Source of the DNA: Carcharhinus longimanus
Lineage: Eukaryota
Length of the DNA: 64,000 bases
Assembly: GCA_030264375.1 (NCBI GenBank)
Contig: JASCQW010000105.1
Span: forward strand, 43,576,224 to 43,640,223
Direction of reading: 5' to 3'
Below, piece after piece: positions 26,071-37,920 of this stretch (its first letter is position 1; each line of letters begins with the position of its first letter). The notes below the pieces were generated by a model. That model was not told the origin of the DNA. It did not search any database and saw only the letters and a program-made list of their open reading frames with translations. The translations under genes were made by a program, and so were the position numbers.

Positions 26071-27056
26071 AGAGAAAAGGATAATAAATTACATCCTGTC
26101 CCACATTACCTTCCCATATCCTTTATACAATGCCTCCAGAGGTACCATCTTCAGCATTTTGAATCAAGAAAGATAAGGATATAAAGACCAAATTGGTATT
26201 TCACTATAATCTTTGAAATAATTATGTTCTTATCTCAATGGAATCGTAAAACTAGATTCAACAGTAAAAGTTAGATTTTCTTTTACATAGTTGCAAAATG
26301 TTTGGCATTTATCTCACGAGGACACCAAGATCTGAATCCTTTGGTATCTTGACAAACATCTGCAATTTGTTTACCCTGTGTGACAGTGATGAGCTCTATA
26401 CATTTCATCCTAAAATGTCAATGACAATAGAAGCCCTATGTTCACCCTTGATGATTTCTTTACGAAGCAAACTGCCATCCATTTTCTCAAGGAAGGGCAG
26501 TCATACATTGTTACTTTCTTGACAATTGATTAGCTTGATGTGAAAGATGGGCATCATCTTGATACAAAAGCATTTAGTTAAATATCTCTAACTCCTTGCA
26601 GGCTAACTGTAATATTATCTACACTATTATGTAAACCCACTGCTTGGCAAACTTCAGAACTTTTTAAGCAGAAGTCCTATAGGTCACCATGCCATGATCT
26701 TATGGACTGTCAACTCGGATTCATTTGGCCACTTTGTATTTGGGTGCTTCCCAACACCTTTGAACTAGGCAAGGAGAATGCACCTCAAGTATTCATTTTT
26801 GTGGGCTTCAAAACAATTTCCATTATGGTTCAGTGGGTCACATTAACAACAAGACTTTTCACAACAACTTCATTGCAAATGTTAATGTACGCCTACTTGT
26901 GACTAATAAATAAACTTTAACAAATATATCTATGTCTTACATTGTTGTGTTATGTATCCTGCCTGTTTTGCATGCCGATAATTTAAAATGGCTGGAGTTA
27001 CAGGTCAAGATTTCATATGCTAAGTAAAAAGCTGACGATATGAGTTTTTAAATTAT

Positions 27057-27113
27057 CCACTAGATGGCACTGTATTGAACGATGGCCAAAGTTGATTATG
27101 CACTAGATGGCGT
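27057..27113 (+). promoter_or_regulatory. Two tandem CTCF core motifs
   Basis: CCACTAGATGGCAC (27057-27070) and GCACTAGATGGCGT (27100-27113), against consensus CCASYAGRKGGCRS. Confidence 0.55.
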
Positions 27114-27439
27114 TGCAAGTTGTTCAATACAGTTTGCTCTTTACATACATATTATAATAATCAAGTCAAGCTCCTTTCAACTCACAAACTAAAATGGCAG
27201 CTGTGCCATTATTTTTATTTGCCTACAAAACAAATGTAAATTTTGAAGTAATTCAATGCATGTGAAGTACTTTGAGATATTTAAGGCATGATGAGACTCA
27301 AAATAAATACGTCTTTTTCCTTTCTTAATCTGTGATGCAATGGTAGCAACAATGATCAACACGAAAATATAAGGTGTTTGGAATTTGCCACAGCTATACT
27401 TAATAATGCAAAGTCTGTCTTTTTACTTCCAGCTGCCCT

Positions 27440-27740
27440 TTAGCTGAGCTTAATTATTGGTATCACAAGTAGGTTTACATTAACACTGAAGTCACTGTGA
27501 AAATCCCCTAGTTGCCACACTCTGGCATCTCTAGGGACACTGAGGGACAATTTAGCATGAGCAATGCATCTAATCAGTATGTCTTTTGGGCTGTGGGAGG
27601 GTACTGGAGTACCTGGAAGAAACCCACGCAGATAAGGGGAGAACATGTAGATTCTGCACAGACAGTGACCCAAGCTGTGAATTGAACCCGAGTCCCTGGT
27701 GCTGTGAGGCAGCAATGCTAATCACTGTGCCACCGGGCTG
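27440..27740 (-). mobile_element. V-SINE with the HE1 head and body but an alternative 3' tail
   Basis: Head ggtggcacagtgattagc...gggttcaattc. Tail ggattttcacagtgacttc..aatgtaaacctacttgtga is shared with 46210-46420 and 26850-26920. Confidence 0.8.
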
Positions 27741-28739
27741 CCCCATCAGTTGGAAGGCTGTGGACGGTGGGAAAATTACAAGTAAATTCAGAGTTTGAGC
27801 AAACAGGTAGATGCAGTGGGTGATATGTCAAGTCTAGCATTGAGGTTGGGGGCGGCAGAGAGAAAGGTGTCGGGAAAAGAATAGAAAAATCAATCGATGG
27901 AAAATGGCATACATGTGGACTCAGCAATGGGATCCTTTATTCTCACTGACGAATCTCCCTCTCGACTGACACAAAGTCTTTTCTTCCTGCATTTTTGCCC
28001 AAACTTTCTCTCCTCCCCTCAGAGCGGAAGGTTCTCCTCAACTTCACCTTCCATGTCAGCAGCCCACTATCTTTACAATTACTTCGATACATCCTTTACT
28101 TCTCTCATTACTGCCTGCTTTTGTCACACCACTAAACTTCTGTCATTTCATCATCTCATGTTGTCCACCTTATCTCGGAGTGTTCAGCTCTTCCCACCAT
28201 TTTCCTTGCCTGTGTCCCTCCATACAAACTGTTCATTGGCTGAAATGTTAACCCTAACTTTCTCTCCCTGCAGACGCTCTCTGACCAACCTGTTTCCACC
28301 ATTTTCTGTTGCATTATCAAGATTTATTCACTTGAATGTGTAATTCATTAAATTAGAAATTATGATTAAATATTATACAATGCTATAATGGGCTTGGCTA
28401 ACTTAAATAATGGATAGAACTTAGAGGAATTCCCATGGTAGCTGTAGTTTATTTTTGCAATGCCATTGTAACATTTTTGCAAGAAGCCAATGACTGATTT
28501 AGAATCTTTTCTGGCACAATGTTATTGTATCGCTCATAAAAATGTTATTGATAAAGAATTACACTCATAATATAGTGACATGGAACAAACCAGAAAACTT
28601 CTACATGAGATATCAGGCAAAGAATATAAAACTATTCCAAACCTTACCTTTCAATATCCTATTACTGAATAACTTTAAAATGTTTTCCATTATGATTATT
28701 CTATTCAATCACAAAAATAATGCCAACTGGGAGAAAACA

Positions 28740-29110
28740 GCCTGCTTCACTAGAAATCTATCCACCACTGTGCACAAGGTGCACTGCAGCAATTTCCCAA
28801 GGCTCTTCTGACAGCACACAGCACTTTGCAAACCCACGGCCTCTACCACCTAGAAGAACAAAGGGCAGCAGGCGTGTGGGAATAAGACCACTTGCAAGCT
28901 CCCTCTAAGTCGCAAACTGTCCTGATTTGGAAATATAACACCATTCTTTCACTGTTGCTGGGTCAAACTCCCTCCTGTAACAGCGCTGTGGGTATATCTA
29001 TACCACACGGATTAAAGGTGGTGGTTCATCAACACCTTCTTGAAGCCAATTAGGGATGGGCGATAATGCTGACATTAATGGTAACATCCAACAGACAAAT
29101 TTTTAAAAAA
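28740..29110 (+). mobile_element. LINE 3' end (same family)
   Basis: Matches 22560-22895. Confidence 0.75.
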
Positions 29111-30695
29111 CAATACAATGGCCACCTTTTTGTCCCATCCTTCCTTTGATCTCCCTTCTATTGTTTGTTCAAAAAAAACTTCTGGATTCCTTTCTATTTT
29201 GGCTGCTAATCTGTTCTTTGCTTTTTCTTGCACCCCTTACATCTTGCTTAAGATCTCCTCTGTGCTTTCTATATTCAGTTTGGTACCCTGCTGTATTATG
29301 AACGTGACAATTATCTTAATCTCCTTTTTTGTCTCATCTTAATCTCTATTGTTGGAACTATCTCGGGAACTTTGAATACCATTTTTCTTCTCTCTCATAG
29401 GAATTTACCTACACTGTACCTGAACAACCTCCTCTTTGAAGACCTTCCAATTACTGTTTTGCCCACGAAAACATGATTCCAATTCACCAGGGACAGATCA
29501 CTTTTCAACTCATGAAAATGATCCCTCCTCCCGTTAAGTATTTTTATTTTCGATTGTTCATTGTTCTTATTCGTAACTATTCAAAACTTAATATTACAAT
29601 CACTGTCCCCTCAGTGAGCTCCCACTGAAACACGCTCTACTTCACTCCCAAGAACAAGATCTAACACTGCTCCTTCCTCGTTTGGCTAGAAACCAAGAAT
29701 GTTTTCGTGTGCATGTTTCAGGAATTACTCAAATTCTGATGCAAGGCCACAGGCCTGAAACGTTAACTTAATTTTTCTCACTACAGATGCTGCCAGATTC
29801 CCCACTTTTATTTCAGGAATTCCTCCCCCTTTTTGTCTTTTATTTGGTTACTCTCCTAGTCAATATTAGGATAATTAAAATTCTCCATTAATACCCTGCT
29901 GCAGTTTTTGAAGTCTTTTGAAATTTAGCTTCAAATTTATTCGTCTATCTTTTACCCAGTATTTCAGGGTCTGTAGTAAACAATCCATAGTGTTGTATTT
30001 TAACACAACATACCATCTGTGTCTATAATTCCTTAACTACATTATTCCTCTCCAGTGTTACAAGTTTTTTTGGTCAATAGCTCCTATTTTCTCTTTTTCC
30101 TCAATTGTTGGAAGCCAGAAATATTAAGTTTCCAATCCTCCTTTGTGTCAGGTCTCTTGTTGCTACTATATCTAGACCTATGTGATTTGCAGCTTACCAA
30201 CTTTATTTACTGTGCTCAGCATATTTACATATATATTCATATAGTATATATATAGTTCATTTTAGACTACCTTTGATTTACACTCTGTCTGATTCCACTT
30301 TTTTTTTTTAACTATCCCTGACCTGAGTACTGCTGTATTTTGCCTCTCCCAGTCCTTTGGGCACCTTATTTCTTCTGTCTAACCTATCCTGGTGTCTACC
30401 CTTGCCAAACCAGTTTTATCTCTTCCCCACAGGTGTACCTTCATATGAAGGTACTGGTCGCAGCTCTGTTGATGTGTAACTTGTTCACCTTGAACTGGTT
30501 CGTATGCCCCAGGAACCTGAAGCCTCACACCTCCACTTCCCTGCACTATTTCTCAAGTCACAGATGACCTGTTTTGTCCTAATATTCTTATGCTCACTTG
30601 TGCATGATACAGAGAGTAATCCAGAGCTCACAGCATCTTCAGTCTTACTTCTTAACTACCTCCCTAGTTGTTAAAAGTATGCCTTCAGGATCTAG
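29110..30695 (-). mobile_element. Decayed CR1 (ORF1 end and endonuclease region)
   Basis: Pyrimidine-rich antisense CR1-like segments (ttacaatcactgtcccc, aaaattctccattaatac, ggtctgtagta). Confidence 0.55.
29727..29810 (+). mobile_element. Short Penelope-type terminal fragment with 11-bp TSD and hammerhead-like core
   Basis: TTTCAGGAATT at 29716-29726 and 29811-29821; CTGATGC-a-AGGCC-aca-GGCCT-GAAAC. Confidence 0.6.
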
Positions 30696-30999
30696 NNNNN
30701 NNNNNNNNNNNNNNNNNNNNNNNNNNNNNNNNNNNNNNNNNNNNNNNNNNNNNNNNNNNNNNNNNNNNNNNNNNNNNNNNNNNNNNNNNNNNNNNNNNNN
30801 NNNNNNNNNNNNNNNNNNNNNNNNNNNNNNNNNNNNNNNNNNNNNNNNNNNNNNNNNNNNNNNNNNNNNNNNNNNNNNNNNNNNNNNNNNNNNNNNNNNN
30901 NNNNNNNNNNNNNNNNNNNNNNNNNNNNNNNNNNNNNNNNNNNNNNNNNNNNNNNNNNNNNNNNNNNNNNNNNNNNNNNNNNNNNNNNNNNNNNNNNNN
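30696..30999. other. Assembly gap (others at 13403-13624, 20658-20757, 47181-47191, 56363-56462, 60112-60121)
   Basis: N runs. Confidence 0.99.
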
Positions 31000-31426
31000 A
31001 AGAGGGATGGAGTCAGCCTAAGCCAAGGTGACAAGCTAGTCATATCTAAATCTATGAGACAGATTAATGGATCAGCTGGTCTTTACCAGTTGGATATTTT
31101 TTGAACCCCTCTCTCAATTACCTCTTTCACTTTCTCCCTTCTTTAAACCCCTCGCACCCATACTTTTGACTAGAATCTCTCTCTCTCCCTGCCCCAAAAC
31201 ATCCTTTTTTGCAAAACAAATGGAGGAATTTGTAGAAACTCCAGATTGCATAACTGTCAGGTGATATACTCTCATTTTAATGTACCACATATTGTGCAAA
31301 GCAGTGTGACATCTTGAATATTTACCACAGCATCACCTGCAGGAGGAAGAGATATTACTGTACTTGCAACAATTCCCAATGAAACATGCACCAATTATAC
31401 TGACTTGCATATACAAGATAAATTAC

Positions 31427-31538
31427 CTTGAAAATTTGCAATGTAGCCCCTGTATTGCACAATCTGGTTTCTGGGTCCACAAAATTGTCTCATACTTTCC
31501 AAAAATATATTCCAGCTGTCATTTTATTTCTCAGTAAC
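31427..31538 (-). other. Candidate non-coding 5'UTR exon of ZBTB20 (112 nt)
   Basis: Acceptor catttacatttctattTTAG|G (31541-31539) and donor AAG|GTAATT (31426), in repeat-free sequence on the gene strand. Confidence 0.45.
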
Positions 31539-33691
31539 CTAAAATAGAAATGTAAATGGAATTTTTACAAAAAACACATTTTGCAATTGCATGATTGAAT
31601 ATATTCAGTGAATTGTCTTTGGAATATTTCACTACCCTCATTCAGGCCTCTTCTTGTCTCAAAAAAGATAGACTCCGAATGAATATTTTTATCTGATAAC
31701 AATTAAGATACTGCAGTTATATATTTTTATGCATTTTGAGCATGTGCAGTTTGCAGATTTTTCCAGAATGCAATCTGTTTACCATCAGGGCAAGAAGATA
31801 TAAAGGTATGTTCACTCATCCTTTAACAGTGAGAATTAATAAAAAAAAAACTAAAAGACTTTGAAATAAATTCAAATTTTGAAGCTTCCATTCAGGCAAT
31901 TAACATTCATTTAAATATATGAATTTATGTTATGAAACACTGAACAAATTCTCAAATCCCCAATGGTGCACTATTGATGAGAGTGACAAAATTCTAACCC
32001 ACAAATTTCTGACCTTTAGTTTTAAAAATTAATGTTCATATATTTGAAGACTAGAATGGAGATTGAGCCATCTGATGATAGGGGAATCAGTAGTGCAACT
32101 GACAGGTATTTAGGAACAGGAGTCAGTCCATTCCATCCCTTTCAAATGATCCATCCTCTAATTCCAATCACTTGCCAGGGCTCTGCATTCCTTAATACCC
32201 TTGGCAGACAAAAGTCGATCGATTTCAGATTTAAAATTGTTAACCAAGTTGGAATGCACTTTTTTTTTGTGAGAGAGCGCTCCACACTGCTACCACCTTT
32301 GGTACGAGGAAGTGCTTCTTAACTTCTCTCCTGCGTGGCCTGGTTCTGATCTTAAAATTATGCAGCTTTATCCTAGAGCTCCTCCAACGATGGAAAAGTT
32401 TCCCTATCTATTCCTTTCAGATATCCTAAAAGCCTCATTAAAACATGCTTTACCTTTCAGAGAATACATGACTAGCAGATGTAATTTCTCTTCATAATCT
32501 AATCCTTGGGTCTCTAGTGCCATTCTAGTAAATCTGTGCTGCAATCTTCCTAGGCCAAGATATTATTGCTCAAAAACAGTTAATGGCAGTATGAGTCCTT
32601 CTCTTTCACAAGGATATTCTCCTCTGCTCCATCCAATATCAAACCGCAGAAACTCCCAATACTCCCAAATTCTCTCTCATACCTCTGAATCTACCCTTCT
32701 CAGAATTCTCCACTATCCATACAGCTAGATCATGTGATATCACCTACATCCATTTTTCAGAAAGAGCATTCCCAGTTCTGGCTAATCTCAACTATTCCAA
32801 TCATTCCCAGATCTCAAGAACATTCTTTCCAATGGCTCAAAATTAGGAGCCTTCTCCCAGCAGTTACAGATCCCAAAACTTGCCAGACTTCCTTTCTTGA
32901 CTTCCTTTTTCGTTCTTATAAAAGTTATGACTCAGTGTAAGTGATGCCACAGGACACTTACTAGTTTACATTAAGTACTGAATGACAGTTGTTATATGAG
33001 ACACAATGTGATGCTTCAATAATGAAAATATCTCTCATAGTACCACCTACGTATACTGATAGGAGATAAATACTGCAGGTATTTACAATGTATTTTCAAT
33101 GGAATGTGGGCCCAAGTACCAATTCTGATGCCATTTTAGTTAATTTGCACTGACATTGCTTTTACCTTTTCTTCTGCCTTTCTCTTCTGCTCCTCTCCCT
33201 GAATCTCACCACTTGGTGGTGGTTAAGAATCAAAAACAGTGTATCGCCCACTATCAGTGAGTGATCTAATTCCTGTGTCTCCTTAACCAGTCAGACTGAG
33301 GAAACCTTACTGTGGCATGCAAAGTATAAACCATGAGGTGTCAATTAGAGTACTTAATTCTTGTACCGAAAATGAGAGAGGAAAAGATGAGATTGAAAGA
33401 AATAGGAGTGAGAAAGAAAAAGTACACGTTTTCTAATTCACACGTGAGACTCCACTTCTGTGAAAGTGAACTTTCAGTGCTAGAGAGCTTATTTGGTAAT
33501 AATCAACTTTATTGCACTGATAAAAGAAAATATCCACATGTAATTGACAGGCCAACTTTTTTTGTTGATTTTAGTGGGTATCTAAGTCCATGCCCTTACA
33601 CTGTGTTTCAATATTCAATCTCTGGGTGAGATCATGGTATTGCACACCTTTTGGAGGAGGTGAGAAATTCTGACAGCAACTGCCTGTTTGT

Positions 33692-33790
33692 ATATTCTTC
33701 CATGGAATGTGGGCCAGTATCACTAACTAGATCAACATTTGTTATCCATACCTAATTATCTTGAAAAGCTGGTGATGAGCCACCTTCTTT
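33692..33790 (-). mobile_element. LINE 3' terminal fragment joined to the SNRPG retrocopy tail
   Basis: Minus strand AAGAAGGTGGCTCATCACCAGCTTTTCAAGATAATTAGGTATGGATAACAAATGTTG...CCCACATTCCATG aligns by eye to the LINE ends at 22808-22895 and 29015-29110. Confidence 0.75.
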
Positions 33791-34345
33791 TTTTCATACA
33801 AAATCATATTTAATAACCTCATGGTCCCCTGAGTACAAATAACCTATTCACAGAAATAATAGCTTGCAGTTCATGAACAAACTGACTAATTCCCATCTTT
33901 AACCAGAAAAACAAAGGACAAAATTCTGGACTCAAAAATTATGTCTGTATGTGTGGATTTTGCCACGTTCTTGCCGTGTTTCCAGATCCAGAGTTGTCTT
34001 CACTATACTCGCTCCAAGGCTTCTAACATAATGATGCTATTCCCTCTAATCACAATCATGCCGATGTCGTTTGCTGGTCCCCCCGCTGCCATCTCGACAG
34101 ATTTGTCCACTACAAGATTCATGACGGGGTCAAAGCCATTCAGTACGTCTTGCGTGTGTCTCCCTCCACTCAGTTTCAGTGACAGCTTCTCGTCCATGAA
34201 CTTTTTGAGCTCGGGCAGGTACGCTTTGCTTATGCCTGTGAGCTGGGCTGGGCTGAGTGCGCGGTGTGGCTGCAGCTAGAGCTTTGGCGCTGACACTCTC
34301 TCAGGGGGCTTTTCTCTGGCACTTTCTCCTGCCACCGCTCTCTCC
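33788..34345 (-). pseudogene. SNRPG: Processed retrocopy of SNRPG (Sm protein G). CDS equivalent 34003-34233, start codon reads ATA
   Basis: Intronless frame [76 protein letters not shown] is 76 codons, matching SmG. GC-rich 5' leader, 3'UTR with ATTAAA (33814-33809) and A7 tail (33794-33788). Confidence 0.92.
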
Positions 34346-35354
34346 CCCATCACTGCAGTATTTTCAAATTTAACTGTGCGTGTGCAGCTACAACCCAAAT
34401 TATTCCTTAATACTAATTTTTTCACCAATATTCTTTCTGCAAAATACAGGCCATTATGTAATTATGTAAAAAATGCACATTTATCTCCTGTTACATGGCA
34501 CATACTTAAGAACAAGTGTAGCAGTGTGGTTTTCAGCTGAAGTGGGACTACAGGATGAAAGGTAATCAAACAAATGCATTGATGTATAATTTAGGCCGCT
34601 TTTTGACTTTAATTTAACATTTTTATTGGGAACTCTTATGTCCATATTGGAAATGAAATTCTTCCATATAAATTTAACATGCTCAATTTACACATTCCCA
34701 ACAATGATGGTGCTATAGTGCCTCTAGATCAGTGGCATTCAACAGGAAAACAGTGATGACCGATTGGGATATTGGAAAATCTTAACTGGACTGTAAATAG
34801 AATTTTAACAAATTCATTGCAGTTCATTTCGTTAAAAAGCACCTTAGTCGATGGAATAAAAGTGATTCTAAAAGGTAAATACATTAGTAATTATACACAA
34901 TCCAACAAGTGTGATCTAACCAAGGCTTGATATATATTGAGCACAACTTTCCTACTCTTCTTTACACACGGCATCCTTGCCTTCTGATTGATGCTGGTTG
35001 TCGAAGTTCAATTTTTAAAATTTTTGGTAACAAATGATAATCATAATATTTATGTTATTTACTTATATTTTCATTCTCTTATTTAATTAACTCCCATACA
35101 GCTACCCTTTGTTTCAAATTCCTAATATATTCGTGAAACAATGGCGGCTAAACGGAAACAAGCTACACAAGTCACTTTTCCATAAGAAATCATGTAAATA
35201 ATTTTTACATTAAAAATCTATTGACTGCCTTGAACCTAACTGGCCCCAAAATCCTCTCATTAATTTTTACTAACTTACTAACTCTTTCTATTTATCTGCC
35301 ACTGGCTGACCCTCACACTGACCAAAAGATGACTAAAGAGATCTTTAAAAAAAT

Positions 35355-35725
35355 TCTTTCATTGGATGTGGGCATCACAAGTAAGGCTAGTATTTGTTAC
35401 CCATCTCCAATTGCCTTTAAACTGAATGGCTTGCTAGACCATTTCAATCAAAGAGTCAACCACACTGGTGTGGATGTGGAGTCACATGTAGGTCAGGTTA
35501 GGTAAGGATGGCAGATTTTGTTTCATAAAATACATTAGTGAGCCAAATAGCTTTTCACAATTATGACCACTGTCTTGGTCACCAGTATAACCTGCTTTAT
35601 ATTCCAGATGTATCAACTGAACTTAAATTCTATCTGGCAGGATTTGAATCCATGTCCACAGAAGATTATCCAGGGCCTCTGGATTAATAGTCAGTGACAA
35701 TACTACTACTCCACTGTCTCCCCTG
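35355..35725 (-). mobile_element. Same SINE family
   Basis: ggagtcacatgtaggtcaggttaggtaaggatggcagattt...gggcctctggatta. Confidence 0.78.
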
Positions 35726-35729
35726 TTTT

Positions 35730-36640
35730 AAGCAGCATATTAAAAGAAGAAGAGAGGCAAAGAGATTTAGGGAAGTCATTCCAGAGTGAATGGCCCTGGG
35801 CTGATGAAGACACAGCTACCATTTGTGGAATAATTACAATCAGCAGTGCTTAAGAGACCCAAATTGAGAGAACACATATTTTGGAGGGTTGTTCGTTCAG
35901 AGATTATTACACGGATGTGGAGGGATTTGAATACAAGAATGAGAACTTAACATCAAGGGATTCCTTAACTAGCAGCCAGTGTAGGTGACTGAGCTCAGAG
36001 GTGATGGGAAAACATGACAGTGTGAGTTAACACGTGAGGTCATCCAAAACTATACTGCCTAAGTTTACAAGTATAAGTAAAAGGTTGGCCAGGAATGGAA
36101 TAGTCAAGTCTAGGTGAACAAAAGGCATAGATAAGAGTTTTGGCAAGAACTGAACTAAGACAGTTGTGAAGTTGGAAGAAGTTAGAGGGAGAAAAAAAAG
36201 GCAGTTTTGGACAGATAGGAAGAAACTTCTAATTGGTAGAAGGGTCTAGAGGCAAGAGACTGCGATTTAAAGTGAATGACAAAATAACAAAGGAAACAAC
36301 ATTCCTTTTTTTTGCACAGTAGTGATGAATGCTTTGCCTGAGAAAGGCATATTCAATACAGGCAAAAAGAGAATTTAGGGAGTTACTTAAAAAGCAAAGA
36401 TTTGCAGGTCTACGGGGAAAGGATAGAGGCATGGGACTGACTGAGTTACTTTTGCATGGACACCACATGCCAAATGAACTTGTTTTGTGATATGACCATT
36501 TTATAGTTATATCTGATCTGAAGCTCACTTTGGGATCAAAAAAGGTGCCTAGATTGTTAAAAGTCTGGTTTAACTTTGCACTGTACCAGGGAGAAAAATA
36601 CAGTTGATTTCTAGGGAATGGAGTTAGAAGTTACTAGGGT
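35730..36640 (-). mobile_element. L2 fragment with a nested CR1 tail
   Basis: Similar to 47780-48170 and 50640-50950. Confidence 0.6.
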
Positions 36641-37738
36641 TGAGAAGGGGGAGAAAAGAACAAGTTTTTATAGCGAAGAAGTCTGAATACTAGACACGTG
36701 GATCGGGAATTAACAGCTAAATAGAGAAAACGAACATGCAACCTTTCCTCAAATGTCTAGCACACATTATTGTCATAAGTCAGAATGAAGAAATAAGTGA
36801 CCCCAAAACATTACGAGGAAGGGCCTGGTATACCAGTTACAAGGATATTCCACAAATCTAATGGAAGAGCTGAATACTGCTGATCCAATTAAATCCCCAC
36901 TACATGTTAAATCCTCTAAAGGTTTCTCTGAAAGGAGTTGATACTGCGTACATTCACAGTGGGAATCTGGATGAAAATTATTAAAAGAATGTCCTCAAGT
37001 TAACACCAAAATTCCTAGCATATAGCCAAAAGAAAATAGCTTTAAGGTAGGCCGTGACTCAGTTGCTCGTTGTCAAAATACTGAGAGAGACAGAAAAGTT
37101 CAGGTTAACTAAGGACTCAGTACCACATCATACCAACCATGAATTCACCTAGTGGGCAGGAGAAATGCCACCATTTAATACTTGTAAAACTAAAGAGACA
37201 ACTATTACAAAGTTCAGAAAAGCAGAAGAATGCGTATTTTCCCTAAATCAATCCATTCCTTTATTGGATCTTGGTCCAAGACTTCTGTTCTCCACTGTTG
37301 CAGGAGCTGCACTAAATGGTATCCACCAGTGTCACAGGTGGTGGTGGGCAAGTGCTTCTCAAGCTCACCCCTGCTGCCCCCCCATCTCAGACAGACAGCC
37401 AGTGAAGCTCAGGTACTGACAGCGACAAAGATTAGCTGGTGCACACCTGTAGGCCATCCACCTACGTGACTCTGAGATTGCCCAACCATCCAAATCACCT
37501 CTGTGAGCACTTCAGCTCCAGTTCCATAAGCCAAGGAGCAAGGCACTGCCACAAGGTAGGACCTCAAAAGCAGGTTGTGGGCCCCCAAGTCTTGGCTCTC
37601 CAGAGGAAGCCTGCCATGGTCATCACAGACAACAATGCATAGCAGTCAGCAGGTTGCCTCCTCCTCGCCTGTGGATGTTGGGTATGCATCCAGATAGAGT
37701 GGCAGGATAAGGAAGGCCGAAGATGTTGTAGTTGCATA

Positions 37739-37910
37739 CTAAGAAGTCTTACTAAGTCATACTAAGAAGGTGAGTGACCTTACCTGTAGAAGGAGCCTGA
37801 GACTCGAGTTCCCAAAGTTTGTGTTGCCAGATAAACCTGTTGGACTTTAACCTAGTGCTGTGAGACTTCTTACTGTGCTTACCCAGTCCAATGCCTGCAC
37901 CTCCACATCA
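37739..37910 (+). mobile_element. Short Penelope-like terminal fragment with 10-bp TSD
   Basis: TAGTTGCATA at 37729-37738 and 37911-37920. Inverted 5' piece AAGAAGTCTTAC pairs with GTGAGACTTCTT. Tail ataaacctgttggactttaacct...ctccacatca. Confidence 0.65.
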
Positions 37911-37920
37911 TAGTTGCATA

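Noticed and set aside
30598-31104. ORFs spanning N runs (also near 13313-13652 and 56233-56481)
   Set aside because: Artefacts of assembly gaps.
33941-34279. 112-aa plus-strand ORF
   Set aside because: Antisense shadow of the SNRPG retrocopy.
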